17,516 nt of DNA from Octopus sinensis (lineage: Eukaryota), in the NCBI RefSeq assembly GCF_006345805.1, contig NW_021824881.1:1-17516 (forward strand). The letters run 5' to 3'. The notes under the pieces are model-generated. The model worked only from the letters and a program-made list of their open reading frames with translations, had not been told where the DNA came from and made no database searches. Position numbers and translations under genes: made by a program. Shown here piece by piece: positions 1-9,340 of the stretch (the stretch's first letter is position 1; the number at the start of each line of letters is the position of its first letter).

Positions 1-120
1 GGTAAATCCTATCCAAACAAACCTGTGATCAACTGTATACTCAGAATGTCTATTTTTTGTTTACGAAGTAAGATGTGATTTAAGAATTTTTGACTGCTGT
101 TTCTAGTAATTTAACAACTC
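1..120. repeat. Fragment of a dispersed repeat, probably related to 8686-8855
   Basis: Loose motif sharing with 8686-8855 (acct..tgatcaa; tgtgat.t.ag..a..ttt....tttcta). By-eye similarity only. Confidence 0.3.
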
Positions 121-517
121 AGTGCAGGTGCAATGATCACAAGCACAGGAATATGTGGCTGACTTTTGTTGGTTTTCTGTTGAATTCTTTTTTTCTAGTT
201 TTTTGCTGTAATTAAATTTGTGATATTTCTACATTTATGTTTACATTTATTTTTTTTTTATTGTTCCAAATTGAATTTAAAAATAGAAATAAAAAAATAA
301 TACATTAAAAGTCACAAAAATGGAACTGTTTCATAAATTCCTTTTAATTTTAACCCTCCATTTTAACACAAGGTTGTACCAGTTTACAGGGAAATTGAAA
401 TATATATTCAAAAAGAAACATTTTACTAAATACAAAAAAACCCACATATCTACCTCTATCTTCTCTTCTCTTTGTTTCTTTCTCTCTCTCTTCCCTCTTT
501 GCTGCATATCTATCTAT

Positions 518-518
518 C

Positions 519-562
<44 letters not shown>

Positions 563-566
563 ATAT
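518..566. repeat. (TA)n microsatellite
   Basis: Near-pure TA dinucleotide run, preceded by (CT)n/(CTAT)n. Confidence 0.95.
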
Positions 567-600
567 TTAAAAAAGGAGATGTGGAACACGAGTTGTGATA

Positions 601-919
601 ATAAAAAAGGAAATGAAGAAATGCTGACAAAATAATTTAGTAAGGGAGAGGTATTTAATTAGGTGAAAGTCTTTTTACCGGTTGCGCATTGTTATGCTTA
701 TCAAAAGATATTTTTTTAAGAGAGATAGAGTTCCTTTCTGATAGATTTTTTTCTCTTATCAGATAAGAGAAAAAAATCTATCAGAAAGGAACTCTATCTC
801 TCTAAAAAAATATCTTTTGATAAGCATAACAAATGCGCACCGGTAAAAAGAACTTTCACCTATTAAATACACTCCCTTACTTAAATTATTTTGTCAGCAT
901 TTTCATTTCCTTTTTTTAT
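601..919. repeat. Long near-perfect palindrome, ~160-bp arms, 1-nt centre (A761)
   Basis: 601-760 is the reverse complement of 762-919. The inner 42 bp are identical. The outer part differs by about 9 small indels and about 1 substitution. Confidence 0.97.
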
Positions 920-1120
920 ATATATATATATTCATACATACAAGTGTGTGCAGGTATATGTGTGAGAGTGTGGGTGTGTGTATGTATGTATGTATGTAAG
1001 TATGTAAATAAATATATATATATTTATATACATATGTATATGTGTATGTATATATAAATATATATATGTGTGCATGTGTGTGTGTGTGTATGTGTGTGAG
1101 TGTGTGTGTGTGTGTGTGTA
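918..1120. repeat. Compound (TA)/(TG)/(TATG) microsatellite
   Basis: Direct reading. Accounts for ORFs 833..1057 and 932..1123. Confidence 0.95.
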
Positions 1121-1125
1121 CAAAC

Positions 1126-1625
1126 TGTAGTAAAATATTTACATTACTACATTTTATTACTAGATTTAAGAACTTTTTGTCTGGCGCTTGAGAATGCTTG
1201 TGGTCTTGTTATTAATAACCACACACCAATTGATTAAAATACCTTGTTGAAAAAAGCAGGTAAATGCTAACCAAATTGGCACATTCACTAAACCATGACA
1301 CCTAAGCCACATACTGAGTAGTCAAAATACAGTTAGAACTTAGCTGGTGCACTTACCAAACCATGACATCTAAGCCACATACTGATTGGTCAAAATACAG
1401 TTCGTAAGATTCAGCCTGCTGGAGAGTATTCAGAGGACAAATCTAACCATTTAACTACAGTAGCCAGTTGTAGAACATGACTGTCACTATATAAGCCTGG
1501 TGATTGTGTAACACATGAAAGAACTAGTTTAGTTCAATATTGTAAAATTGTAAATAATAAAATGTGAAAATCAGACCAGGTTGGAATTACATTGCTTAAT
1601 ATATTCTTCTATATACAATCTTACA
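1126..1625 (+). mobile_element. Solo-LTR-like segment
   Basis: Starts TGTA (1126). TTACA ends are available at 1591 or 1625. Contains a 45-bp tandem duplication (1290-1334 and 1358-1402, 3 mismatches), CCAAT 1226-1230 and ATTGG 1385-1389, TATATAAG 1488-1495 and AATAAA 1556-1561, in U3-R-U5 order. No clean 4-6 bp TSD. Confidence 0.4.
1290..1402 (+). repeat. Direct duplication, 2 x 45 bp, period 68
   Basis: aaaccatgacacctaagccacatactgagtagtcaaaatacagtt versus aaaccatgacatctaagccacatactgattggtcaaaatacagtt. Confidence 0.95.
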
Positions 1626-1883
1626 AACTCAGAAATATATATATATATATATACATAAACGTCTGAGGACTGACGTTCTTTTACGTATGCGGACCACTGG
1701 TTCAAATTGGTATCATTTAATAATATTAATTTCTACCCTTATTAATTAATATCAAGTATCTCTGTTCTCTGGCAAGTTTATTCACTTCTAAATTTTATTC
1801 ACTGTAGTTATTTTCTGGCTTAGTATGAGGGCATTTGAATCAAAGTTATGATACATGATAGTGGAACTCTATACAAGGATATC

Positions 1884-2020
1884 TTCTCACCAACCACATG
1901 GTTCTGGGTTCAGTCCCATTGTGTGGCACCTTGGTAAGTGTCTTCTACTATAGCCTCAGGCTGACCAAAGCCTTGTGAGTGGATTTGGTACACAGAAACA
2001 CAAAGAAGACCATCATGTAT
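1884..2020 (+). mobile_element. tRNA-derived SINE family A, 5'-truncated (CORE-like central domain)
   Basis: B-box-like GGTTCAGTCC 1907-1916, then ccttggtaagtgtcttctactatagcc...gccttgtgagtggatttggta. Homologous to copies at 3838, 5833, 9184, 11033 and 13666. Confidence 0.85.
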
Positions 2021-2234
2021 ACACACACACACACACATATATATATACATATATATATATACACATATGTATATGTGTGTGTATATATATATATATATAT
2101 ATAAATATATATAGATAGATATGATAGATAGATAGATAGATAGATAGGTAGGTAGGTAGGTAGGTAGGTAGAGAGAGAGAGAGAGAGACAGACAGATAGA
2201 GAGACAGACAGACTGACAGATAGATAGATAGATC

Positions 2235-2285
<51 letters not shown>
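2017..2285. repeat. Compound microsatellite (CA)/(TA)/(GATA)/(GGTA)/(GA)/(GACA)
   Basis: Direct reading. Confidence 0.95.
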
Positions 2286-2287
<2 letters not shown>

Positions 2288-2324
2288 AATGAGTATATTT
2301 GAGATGTATCTATAGATTTGGGGA

Positions 2325-2555
2325 AGACATGTGGCCTATTGGTTAGGGTGTTTCCCTTATGATTGCAAGATTACGGTTTCTGTTCCTGGACCAAATGGTG
2401 CCTTAGGCTCTTGAGCAAAACAATTCCTTTCACATTGCCACAGTCCACTCAACTGCAGATGACCAACCCTATGACAGACTGGCATCCCGTGCAGATGCAA
2501 TGTTGTGATCTCAGTCTCATAGGAGCCAGGTACTCAGCCCTATGAGTCCTAGGAC
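2325..2555 (+). mobile_element. tRNA-derived SINE family F, degenerate
   Basis: Degenerate A box tggcctattgg (2332-2342). Continues ttgagcaaaaca...tttcacattgc..cagt.cactca.ctg and ga.tggactgg..tcccgt.cag, collinear with 17188-17425. Confidence 0.8.
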
Positions 2556-3084
2556 TACAGATAGTAATGTCCCATGGACTTACTTTTTAGTATATTATTG
2601 GAACCTCGCATCAGAGAATGTATGAATCATATGTGAATTGTACTTCATTCTTTCAGAAACCTTACAAATCTCACTCGATATCTCACAAACATTTTCTTCC
2701 CTCCAGAAATGAAATACAAAAGTATTAATAATGCATAAAGACAGGTCAAATTAATTATTAATCACCCTTCTGTTAATTGAAATATTTGATCTTACATCTG
2801 GTATGAATGAAAATAAATAAATAAAAAATAGTTTGTAATTAAAGTAAATAATTACCAGATCCGTGGACTCTGCTACTTTTGATGCATCAGCGTACATGTG
2901 AGGAAAGATGAAATATTTTTGCTATAGGCTATTCACTAAGTTTCCATTCTCATTTATAATCTTATATGATTTCATTGCTTCTTATCTAGAGAAGACACAT
3001 TTTAGAAAACCTAGCATAGATGGATGGATAGACAGAGAGAGACAAACAGACAGACAGACACATAGGTAGATGAGTGTGTGTTTG

Positions 3085-3315
3085 TGCCATTGTCTTTAAA
3101 TTGTACAACAATTGTAAATGAGTCATACTGTCACGAAAGCAATGTCTATCGTTTCCAATCTTCCATGAAAACATGCCTGGCTTTGGGTAAATATTACTTT
3201 ACTTAGAAACAGATGAAGGCAGGTGAGAGTAAGGGCATCTGTGCATAGAAGAACAGCCTCAACAGATTGCATCAGATCCAAGCAAGCAGGCATGGAAAAG
3301 CATACTTCAAAAAAA
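3085..3315 (+). mobile_element. SINE 3' body ending in an RTE-like tail, degenerate
   Basis: Collinear with 11236-11445 (tccaatctt.., aagggcatc..catagaa, gcatggaaaag). Confidence 0.6.
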
Positions 3316-3329
3316 TACTGGAAATCATG

Positions 3330-3539
3330 ATTATATATGCATACGTGTGTGTATGTGTATGTGTATATATATATGTGTGTGTGTGTGTATGTATATATTG
3401 TATATATATATATATGTGTGTGTGTGGTATATGTACGTATGTTGTGTGTATGTATGTGTGTATATATGTACAAATATATATGTGCATATATATATAAAAT
3501 ATACATATGTATACATACATATGTATATGTATATATATG

Positions 3540-3571
<32 letters not shown>

Positions 3572-3602
3572 TAAATATGTATACATATATATACATATAT
3601 AT
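3330..3602. repeat. (TA)/(TG) compound microsatellite
   Basis: Direct reading. Source of six overlapping low-complexity ORFs. Confidence 0.95.
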
Positions 3603-4001
3603 ATTCTTTTATTCTTCTATTCTGTTACTTGTTTCAGTCATTTTGAGTGGCCATGCTGGAACACTGCCTATTAGTCAAAGAAATCGATCTCTGGATTTAT
3701 TCTTTGTAAGCCTGGTACTTATTCTATCAATCTTTTTTGTCAAACCACTATGTTACAGGCATGTAAACACACCAACATCGGTTGTCAAGCAATGGCAGGG
3801 GGATAAATGCAAACACAAACACTCAAATATATACATATACGACGGGCTTCTTTCAGTTTCCGTCTACCAAATCCACACACAAGGCTTTTGGTAATCCCAT
3901 GGCAAAAGTAGTGGACATTTACTCGTGTCACGCAGTGGGAATGAACCCTGAACCATGTGGTTCAGAAGCAAGCTTCTTACCACACTGCCACGCGTACACC
4001 T
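3602..4001 (-). mobile_element. Near full-length composite SINE: tRNA head, CORE-like domain, microsatellite, 3' domain, (AAAAG)-type tail
   Basis: 3838-4001 is the reverse complement of family A. 3602-3815 matches 4650-4878 and 13433-13660. Same architecture as 13433-13825. Confidence 0.85.
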
Positions 4002-4045
4002 ATATATAAATATATATATATATAAATATATAAATATATATATAT
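4002..4045. repeat. (TA)n/(TAAA) tract
   Basis: Direct reading. Confidence 0.9.
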
Positions 4046-4297
4046 AAAATTATAAATTAGGGTATCTACGAGATACCACCATGCTGGAAATAGCAGCCAT
4101 GATCTCACTCTAAAACCACCTTAATTTTCCATATATCAACACGGAGAGAAAACAAAGAGACAAGATGAAGCTAGTAAGAAATTACTGGATAAATCATATC
4201 GTGTTGATATATGGAAAATTAAAGTGGTTTTAGAGTCAGATCATGGCTGCTATTTTCAGCATGGTGGTATCTCGTAGACACCCTAATTTATAATTTT
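4046..4297. mobile_element. MITE-like fold-back element: 98-bp inverted arms, 56-bp spacer
   Basis: 4046-4143 versus reverse complement of 4200-4297: 4 substitutions, no indels. Non-coding and abuts (TA)n. The inverted repeat is certain; MITE status is inferred. Confidence 0.75.
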
Positions 4298-4649
4298 TAT
4301 AATTATTACCTTTGAAGGTTATTTTTTCCATGCTGGCCACTTGATAAAATCATTATTTTATTTTAAATTAATGATCTTATTCTTATCTATATAAACATAT
4401 ATATATATTTCATATTTTGGACTAATGGGTATATATCAATTAGTGTGTTGAAGTGTTGAGTAGAGCATTGGCACAGTTTGGGCTACTTGATGTCATCCTC
4501 TGCAGTCAGGGTATATTTCTGTGAGGACATACACAAGAAGTATATAAAGGGCATCAACTGGATGTTTACAATTACATTATGTGATATGCAGTGCTATCAC
4601 ACTAAGTGCATGGATGTGTGTGTGTGTGTTTCTATGCATATCATTTATA

Positions 4650-4878
4650 TTCTATCTTTTACTTGTTTCAGTCATTAGATAGTGACCATGCTGTGGGGTG
4701 ACTGCCCTGAAAAATTTTTTTTAGTCAACTGAATCAACCTCAATACTTGGTTGTTTTTTTATTTATTCTATTGATCATTTTAGCAAACTGCTAAATTATG
4801 AGGACATAAGAACACCACCGCTGGTTGTCAAGTGGTGGTAGGGGACAAGCAACGCTATACACCATCACACACACACAT
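4650..4878 (-). mobile_element. 3' domain of the composite SINE (no head)
   Basis: ttttacttgtttcagtcatt...ccatgctg...ggttgtcaag..gtgg..ggggaca matches 3602-3815 and 13433-13660. Confidence 0.75.
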
Positions 4879-4949
4879 ATATTGTTGAGACGTTCCTTAT
4901 ATATGCTCAATTGTAATTCTTTCCCAAATAAATTGTACTTCATGTTCGA

Positions 4950-5030
4950 GGCTCCAATGAAGCTATAAGAGGTTACTCAAGCACTCAACTATGAGTCCTC
5001 TGCATTTTATAGCAGAAACAGCTGTAAGCT
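4950..5030 (+). ncRNA. Degenerate minimal type I hammerhead-ribozyme-like motif (H1)
   Basis: Stem I ggct/agct. Core ccaatga 4954-4960 (CUGANGA with 2 changes). Stem II gctataa 4962-4968 / ttatagc 5007-5013, extended by gagg/cctc and actca/tgagt. GAAA 5015-5018, palindromic ACAGCTGT stem III, GUA triplet 5024-5026. Confidence 0.6.
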
Positions 5031-5227
5031 AATGAAGTTTCAAGATAATTATATATTCCATTGTCATCTCTAGTCAACATTCCATTCTGAAACAAACTTA
5101 TATTGAGTTCTACATTGGGTTATTGGTCTTGTAATGCCTAAACGAAATACATGTGTGTGTGTGTAGTCAATTCAAATAAACAAATAATTCAAATAAATGG
5201 ATAAAAAGTGAAAAGAGAAGGAAAACA

Positions 5228-5320
5228 GTGAATGTGAGGACATACACAAGAAGTATATTAGCTTGATGCTTGGTGAAAGGAGAGAGCTTAATGTTTCAGG
5301 CATAGCTCTTCATTGGAAAA
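5228..5320 (-). mobile_element. Penelope-type pLTR-like fragment with hammerhead relic (H2, 5287-5320)
   Basis: Minus strand reads tttt-ccaatga-a-gagc-tat-gcct-gaaa-c-att-aag. Homologous over ~90 bp to 13871-13960 (+). Confidence 0.55.
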
Positions 5321-5359
5321 GAAAAAGGGAGAAGTCGAAAGAAGGAGGAGAAATTATCA

Positions 5360-5392
<33 letters not shown>

Positions 5393-5445
5393 TTATATAT
5401 ATAATATATATAATATATATATTATATATTATTATATATATATAT
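5360..5445. repeat. (TA)n/(TAA) tract
   Basis: Direct reading. Confidence 0.95.
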
Positions 5446-5548
5446 CAACAATAATAATAAGGATTATTATGAAATGGTACAGCATTACCTTTAATTCTTT
5501 TCATACATACACCTTTTAAACCAAGAACAAAACGTGTGTGTGTGTGTA

Positions 5549-5588
5549 ATGAGGCATTTTTGCCTCATGGCTGAAACAGCTGTAAGAT
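5549..5588 (+). ncRNA. 3' half of a hammerhead-like motif (H3)
   Basis: Perfect 8-bp hairpin atgaggca-tttt-tgcctcat, then ggct-GAAAC-AGCT-GTA-aga. Same 14-mer gaaacagctgtaag as H1. The CUGANGA half is replaced by (TG)n. Confidence 0.45.
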
Positions 5589-5795
5589 ATTTTCCCAATT
5601 TCTATTACTGTATGTTATATATTTTAATAATTACTGGTATCTTTATATATTTTATATATTATATATGTAAAGCATAGTATGTTATACATGTATGTATATT
5701 GTTGTAATTGTCATTTAGTAAATAAATAAACAGACATAATATAATGTGTAAAAGTTGATGAATACCACCTATTGATCCCCTTCATTTTGTTATTG

Positions 5796-5832
<37 letters not shown>

Positions 5833-6000
5833 CATGACAGGCTTCTTTCAGTTTCTGTCTACCAAATCCAATCACAAGGCTTTGGTCAGGCCCAAAAGTA
5901 TAGTAGAAGACAATTGCCTAAGGTGCCACAGAGTTGGACTGAACCAGGAACCATGTGGTTGAGAAGTAAGCTTCTTACCACACAGCCTTGCCTGTGCCTA
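5833..6000 (-). mobile_element. SINE family A (tRNA head plus CORE-like domain)
   Basis: Reverse complement of family A: ggcttctttcagtttctgtctaccaaatcc...gactgaaccaggaaccatgtgg...cttaccacacagcc. Confidence 0.9.
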
Positions 6001-6224
6001 TATAAATATGTATATATATATTATATATATTTATATATATATATATAAAATAATATATAAATGTGTGTGTGTACACAAAGAAACAGGCACCACGCATACA
6101 CACAGACAGACTGATATCATATATAAAGAATATACAAAAATAATGGTTATTCCACTCGGCACAACATACAATGAGCCCTATCTTATATGATATGATTGAT
6201 AGATTGTGTCACTATATCGAACTG

Positions 6225-6282
6225 TCTGTGGTGACTGTTGGTGGTGGTAGTGGTAGGGTGGTGGTGGTGGTGGTGGTGGTGA
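6225..6282. repeat. (GGT)n microsatellite
   Basis: Direct reading. Confidence 0.9.
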
Positions 6283-6345
6283 TAACGGGGAGCATGAGAT
6301 ATGGGTAGCGATGGTGCAGGGGGATGGCTTGGTAGTTTTTCAAGT

Positions 6346-6408
6346 GGGGCGGAAGGATAAAAACTGATCTGCCAATTAAATTGTGCAATTTGATTGGTTG
6401 CCAATCAA
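6346..6408. promoter_or_regulatory. GC-box plus CCAAT-box cluster (putative)
   Basis: GGGGCGGA 6346-6353, GCCAAT 6371-6376, inverted pair TTGATTGG-ttg-CCAATCAA 6390-6408. Motif evidence only. Confidence 0.25.
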
Positions 6409-6449
6409 TCTGAATAAAGACTGTGGAAAGAGGAGATCTGGTGGATTTT

Positions 6450-6870
6450 GTATGTGTGTGTGTACATGCATGCATATGTGCATGTGTGTTTGCATATGTA
6501 TGTGTGTGTGTGTGTGTGTATGTGTGTGTATTAATGCATGTGTGTGTATGTGCATGTTGAGAATGGATGTGTGTGTATGTAGATATCTGTGTATGAATAT
6601 GTGTGTGTGCATGTGTGTAAGAAAGTGTATGAGTGTGTAACAGTGTATATATGTGTGTATCTGTATGAGTTAGTGTGTGTGTAAGTGCATGTCTATAAGT
6701 GTGTATACATGTGTGTGTGTATATATATATTTAAAGCAATGTATAAATATGTGCATCTGTGTGTGTGTATTTTGTGTACCATTGCCACTATGTGCATGTC
6801 TGTGTGTGGATGTATGTGTGTACATATAGAAATATCTGTAGATGACTCTATGTGTGTGTCTGTGTGTCCA
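6450..6870. repeat. Degenerate (TG)/(TATG) array
   Basis: Direct reading. Confidence 0.9.
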
Positions 6871-6929
6871 CACCTCCAAAACCACCATCCTCACCACCGT
6901 ATGCAATGTGTTTTCTGTGAAGAGGTGGT

Positions 6930-7810
6930 GGGCGAGGTAGATGCAGGACTAGTGTTGTTGTTGTTATGGTGGCGGCGGTGGTAGTGGTGGTCGTCGTCGT
7001 CGTCATCATTGTCATAGTGGTGGTAGTGGTGGTGTTGGTGGATGTAGTGGTAATATGGTGGTGGTGGTTTTGGTGGTGGTGGTGGTGTAGGTGATTTTGG
7101 TAGTTTTGGTGGTGGTTGTGGTGGTGATAGTAGTGTGTGATTGTAAGACCTTAGCGGTAATGGTAAAAGTATTAGTTGTAGCTGTGATCATAGCAGTAGT
7201 GGTGATGATGGTGGTGGTGGTGGTGGTGGTGGGGTGGGAGATTAAATGGAGTATATATGACACTGATGCTGCTGATGATGGTGGTGGTGTCGTCATCGTC
7301 GTCATGATGGTGGTGGTAGTGGTGATATTTAAGTTGGTAGTAATGATGAATCTGATGATAATGTGTTTGTCATTGGGATTAGTGAGGTTCTGTTGGTGGT
7401 AGCAGTGATGACGATGTTGATGATGACGATGCTGATGATGACGATGATGATGATGACCACAACGACGACGATGATGATGATGATGATGATGATGATGTGG
7501 TGTTGTTTTTGTTGTTGTTGGTGGTGGTGGTGATTTTGATAGTTGCTGTTGTTGTTTGAGGTCATCATGATTCTGATGATGATGATGATGATGATGGTGG
7601 TGGTACTTCTGGATGTTGTTGTTGTTGTTGCTGGTGCTGGTGGCCATGCTGTTGAACTTCTTGGTTCTTATGATTGTTATAGTGGTGGTGGTAGTGGTGG
7701 CGGTGGTGGTGGTGGTGGTGGTGATGGTAGTGGTGGTGGTAGTGATGGTGGTGGTGGTGGTGGTGGCGGTGGTGGTGATGGTGGAGGGGGTGATGGCGGT
7801 GGTGGCGGGA
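6930..7810. repeat. Long compound trinucleotide array (GGT/GAT/GTT/GTC)
   Basis: Direct reading. Produces the poly-T/H/V/G/M ORFs in the track. Confidence 0.95.
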
Positions 7811-7884
7811 ATTGTGACCTGTACACCAAATAGGTGGGTTATCCCCCTGTCAACATAACACTGCATCTGCAAACGACTGCACAG

Positions 7885-8045
7885 CCCCGCCCCGCCCCAC
7901 CCAAACCCTTACCCTTTTACCGCCCTCTCCCCATCACCCACTGCTCCTCCCCTACTGCTAACACTCCTACACATCACCCACCCCCTGTCACCCTGTTCCT
8001 CCTCCTTCTTCTTCTTCTTCTTCTTCTTCCACTACCCCCACCCAC
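7885..8045. repeat. C-rich low-complexity tract with (CTT)n
   Basis: Direct reading. (GCCCC)3-ACCC-AAACCC at 7885-7905 is a G-quadruplex-type motif on the minus strand. Confidence 0.8.
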
Positions 8046-8164
8046 AGTCCTGCCTGCAACTTGGAACTAAATCTTTGTCATTATACAATGGAGATAATGA
8101 GGGATTATGGGTAAAATATTCAAAGCAAATATATACCATTCTGAGACTGCAGATAGGTGGGGAG

Positions 8165-8685
8165 GTGGGAGGGAATGAGGATGATGATGATGATGATGGT
8201 GATGATGGTGATGCTGACAACAACGATGACGATGATGATGATTAGTATGATGGTAAAGATGGTGGTGGTGGTGGTGGTGGTGGTGGTGGTGGTTGTGGTG
8301 ACAATGGTGATGGTAACAATGATGACAATGACGATGATGATGGTGATGATGATGATGGTGGTGGTGGTGATGATGATGATGATGGTGATGGTGGTGATGG
8401 TGATGGTGGTGGTTTTAGTGACAGTGGTGATATTGGTAGTGTCTTCTGAGTTGCTTGTAACAGTGGTGGTGGTGGTGGTGGTGATAGTGGTGAGAGTGAT
8501 GGGGAAAAGCATTGGTGATGGTAGTGACGCTGGTAGCAATAGTTTTATATTGCTAATTGTAGTATTCTTGTTGTTATTGATGGCACTGTTGTTGTTGTTG
8601 GTTGTGATGGTAGTGGGGATAATGGTGATGGTGCCGGTGCTGGTGGTGCTGGTGTTACTGGGTGCAACAGCAACTGATGTTGTTT
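8165..8685. repeat. Compound (GAT)/(GGT) array
   Basis: Direct reading. Confidence 0.95.
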
Positions 8686-8855
8686 AGTCCAGACCTACAC
8701 TGATCAAGGATAGTCACAGTCAAAGGCATTCCAGCCATGACCATCCTACCATTAGTTTTGCGTTTTCTTTTTCCTCACACTCTCCCTTTCTTTCTGGAAC
8801 ATGTGTGATATGAGGGAAATTTCAGCACAATTTCTAACAGATCAAGCAATCATTG
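8686..8855. repeat. Dispersed repeat fragment, probably related to 1-120
   Basis: Loose motif sharing with 1-120; by eye only. Confidence 0.3.
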
Positions 8856-8882
8856 TTGTCTTCATGTGACAACACAGAAGTC

Positions 8883-8965
8883 TGGTGCAGGCTCCTGTCA
8901 AACCGTCCAACCCATGCCAGCATGGAAGGCAGACGTTAAACAATGAGGATGATGATGATGATGAT
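8883..8965 (+). mobile_element. RTE-like LINE/SINE 3' tail
   Basis: gtcaaaccgtccaacccatgccagcatgg...gacgttaaa followed by (GAT)n; matches 15340-15402 and the reverse complement of 14740-14810. Confidence 0.8.
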
Positions 8966-9183
8966 AAATGTAAAGGACCAAACCAAATACCACTAAGTTT
9001 CTGGTCTGATGTCTTTTTAGGTCCACCAGCTCACCACCTCTGATGGGTACTATTTTATATCAGCCCCAAAAAGAGGACAGGGCAAAATTGAGCTTATCAG
9101 AGTTCAACATTAGAGTGCTTGATTGCTATTGTTGTTTTCTCATTTTTTTTCCACAAATATCTATCCCTTCATTGTCTATTATA

Positions 9184-9340
9184 TGGGGTTAAGAAGCTGA
9201 CTCCTTAATCATTAATTCATGGGTTCAGTGTCACTGTGTGGAACCTTGAGTATTTGTGTTCAACTATAGCCCCCAAACAGACCAAAACCTTGTGTGGTGG
9301 GGAGGGTTAGTACACGGACACCGAAAGAAGCCTGTTGTAT
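9184..9340 (+). mobile_element. SINE family A, degenerate
   Basis: ggttaagaagct...gggttcagtgtcactgtgtggaaccttg...actatagcc...gaccaaaaccttgtg...gaaagaagcctgttgtat. Confidence 0.75.

Noticed and set aside
320-598. 92-aa ORF at the window start
   Set aside because: Half of it is (CT)n/(TA)n and the remainder has no recognisable features.
1290-1402. Repeat-spacer-repeat pattern resembling CRISPR
   Set aside because: Only two 45-bp units, in a eukaryotic repeat context with no cas genes.
1657-1680. aacgtc-tgaggact-gacgtt hairpin containing CTGAGGA
   Set aside because: No stem II or downstream GAAA in any hammerhead topology.
2580-3010. Two possible minus-strand exons with good-looking splice sites (donors at 2855 and about 2584, acceptor at 2798)
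   Set aside because: Every frame tested through the candidate exons hits TAA/TAG/TGA, and the open pieces (QKYFIFPHMYADASKVAESTDL; FDLSL...DARFQ) match nothing I recognise.
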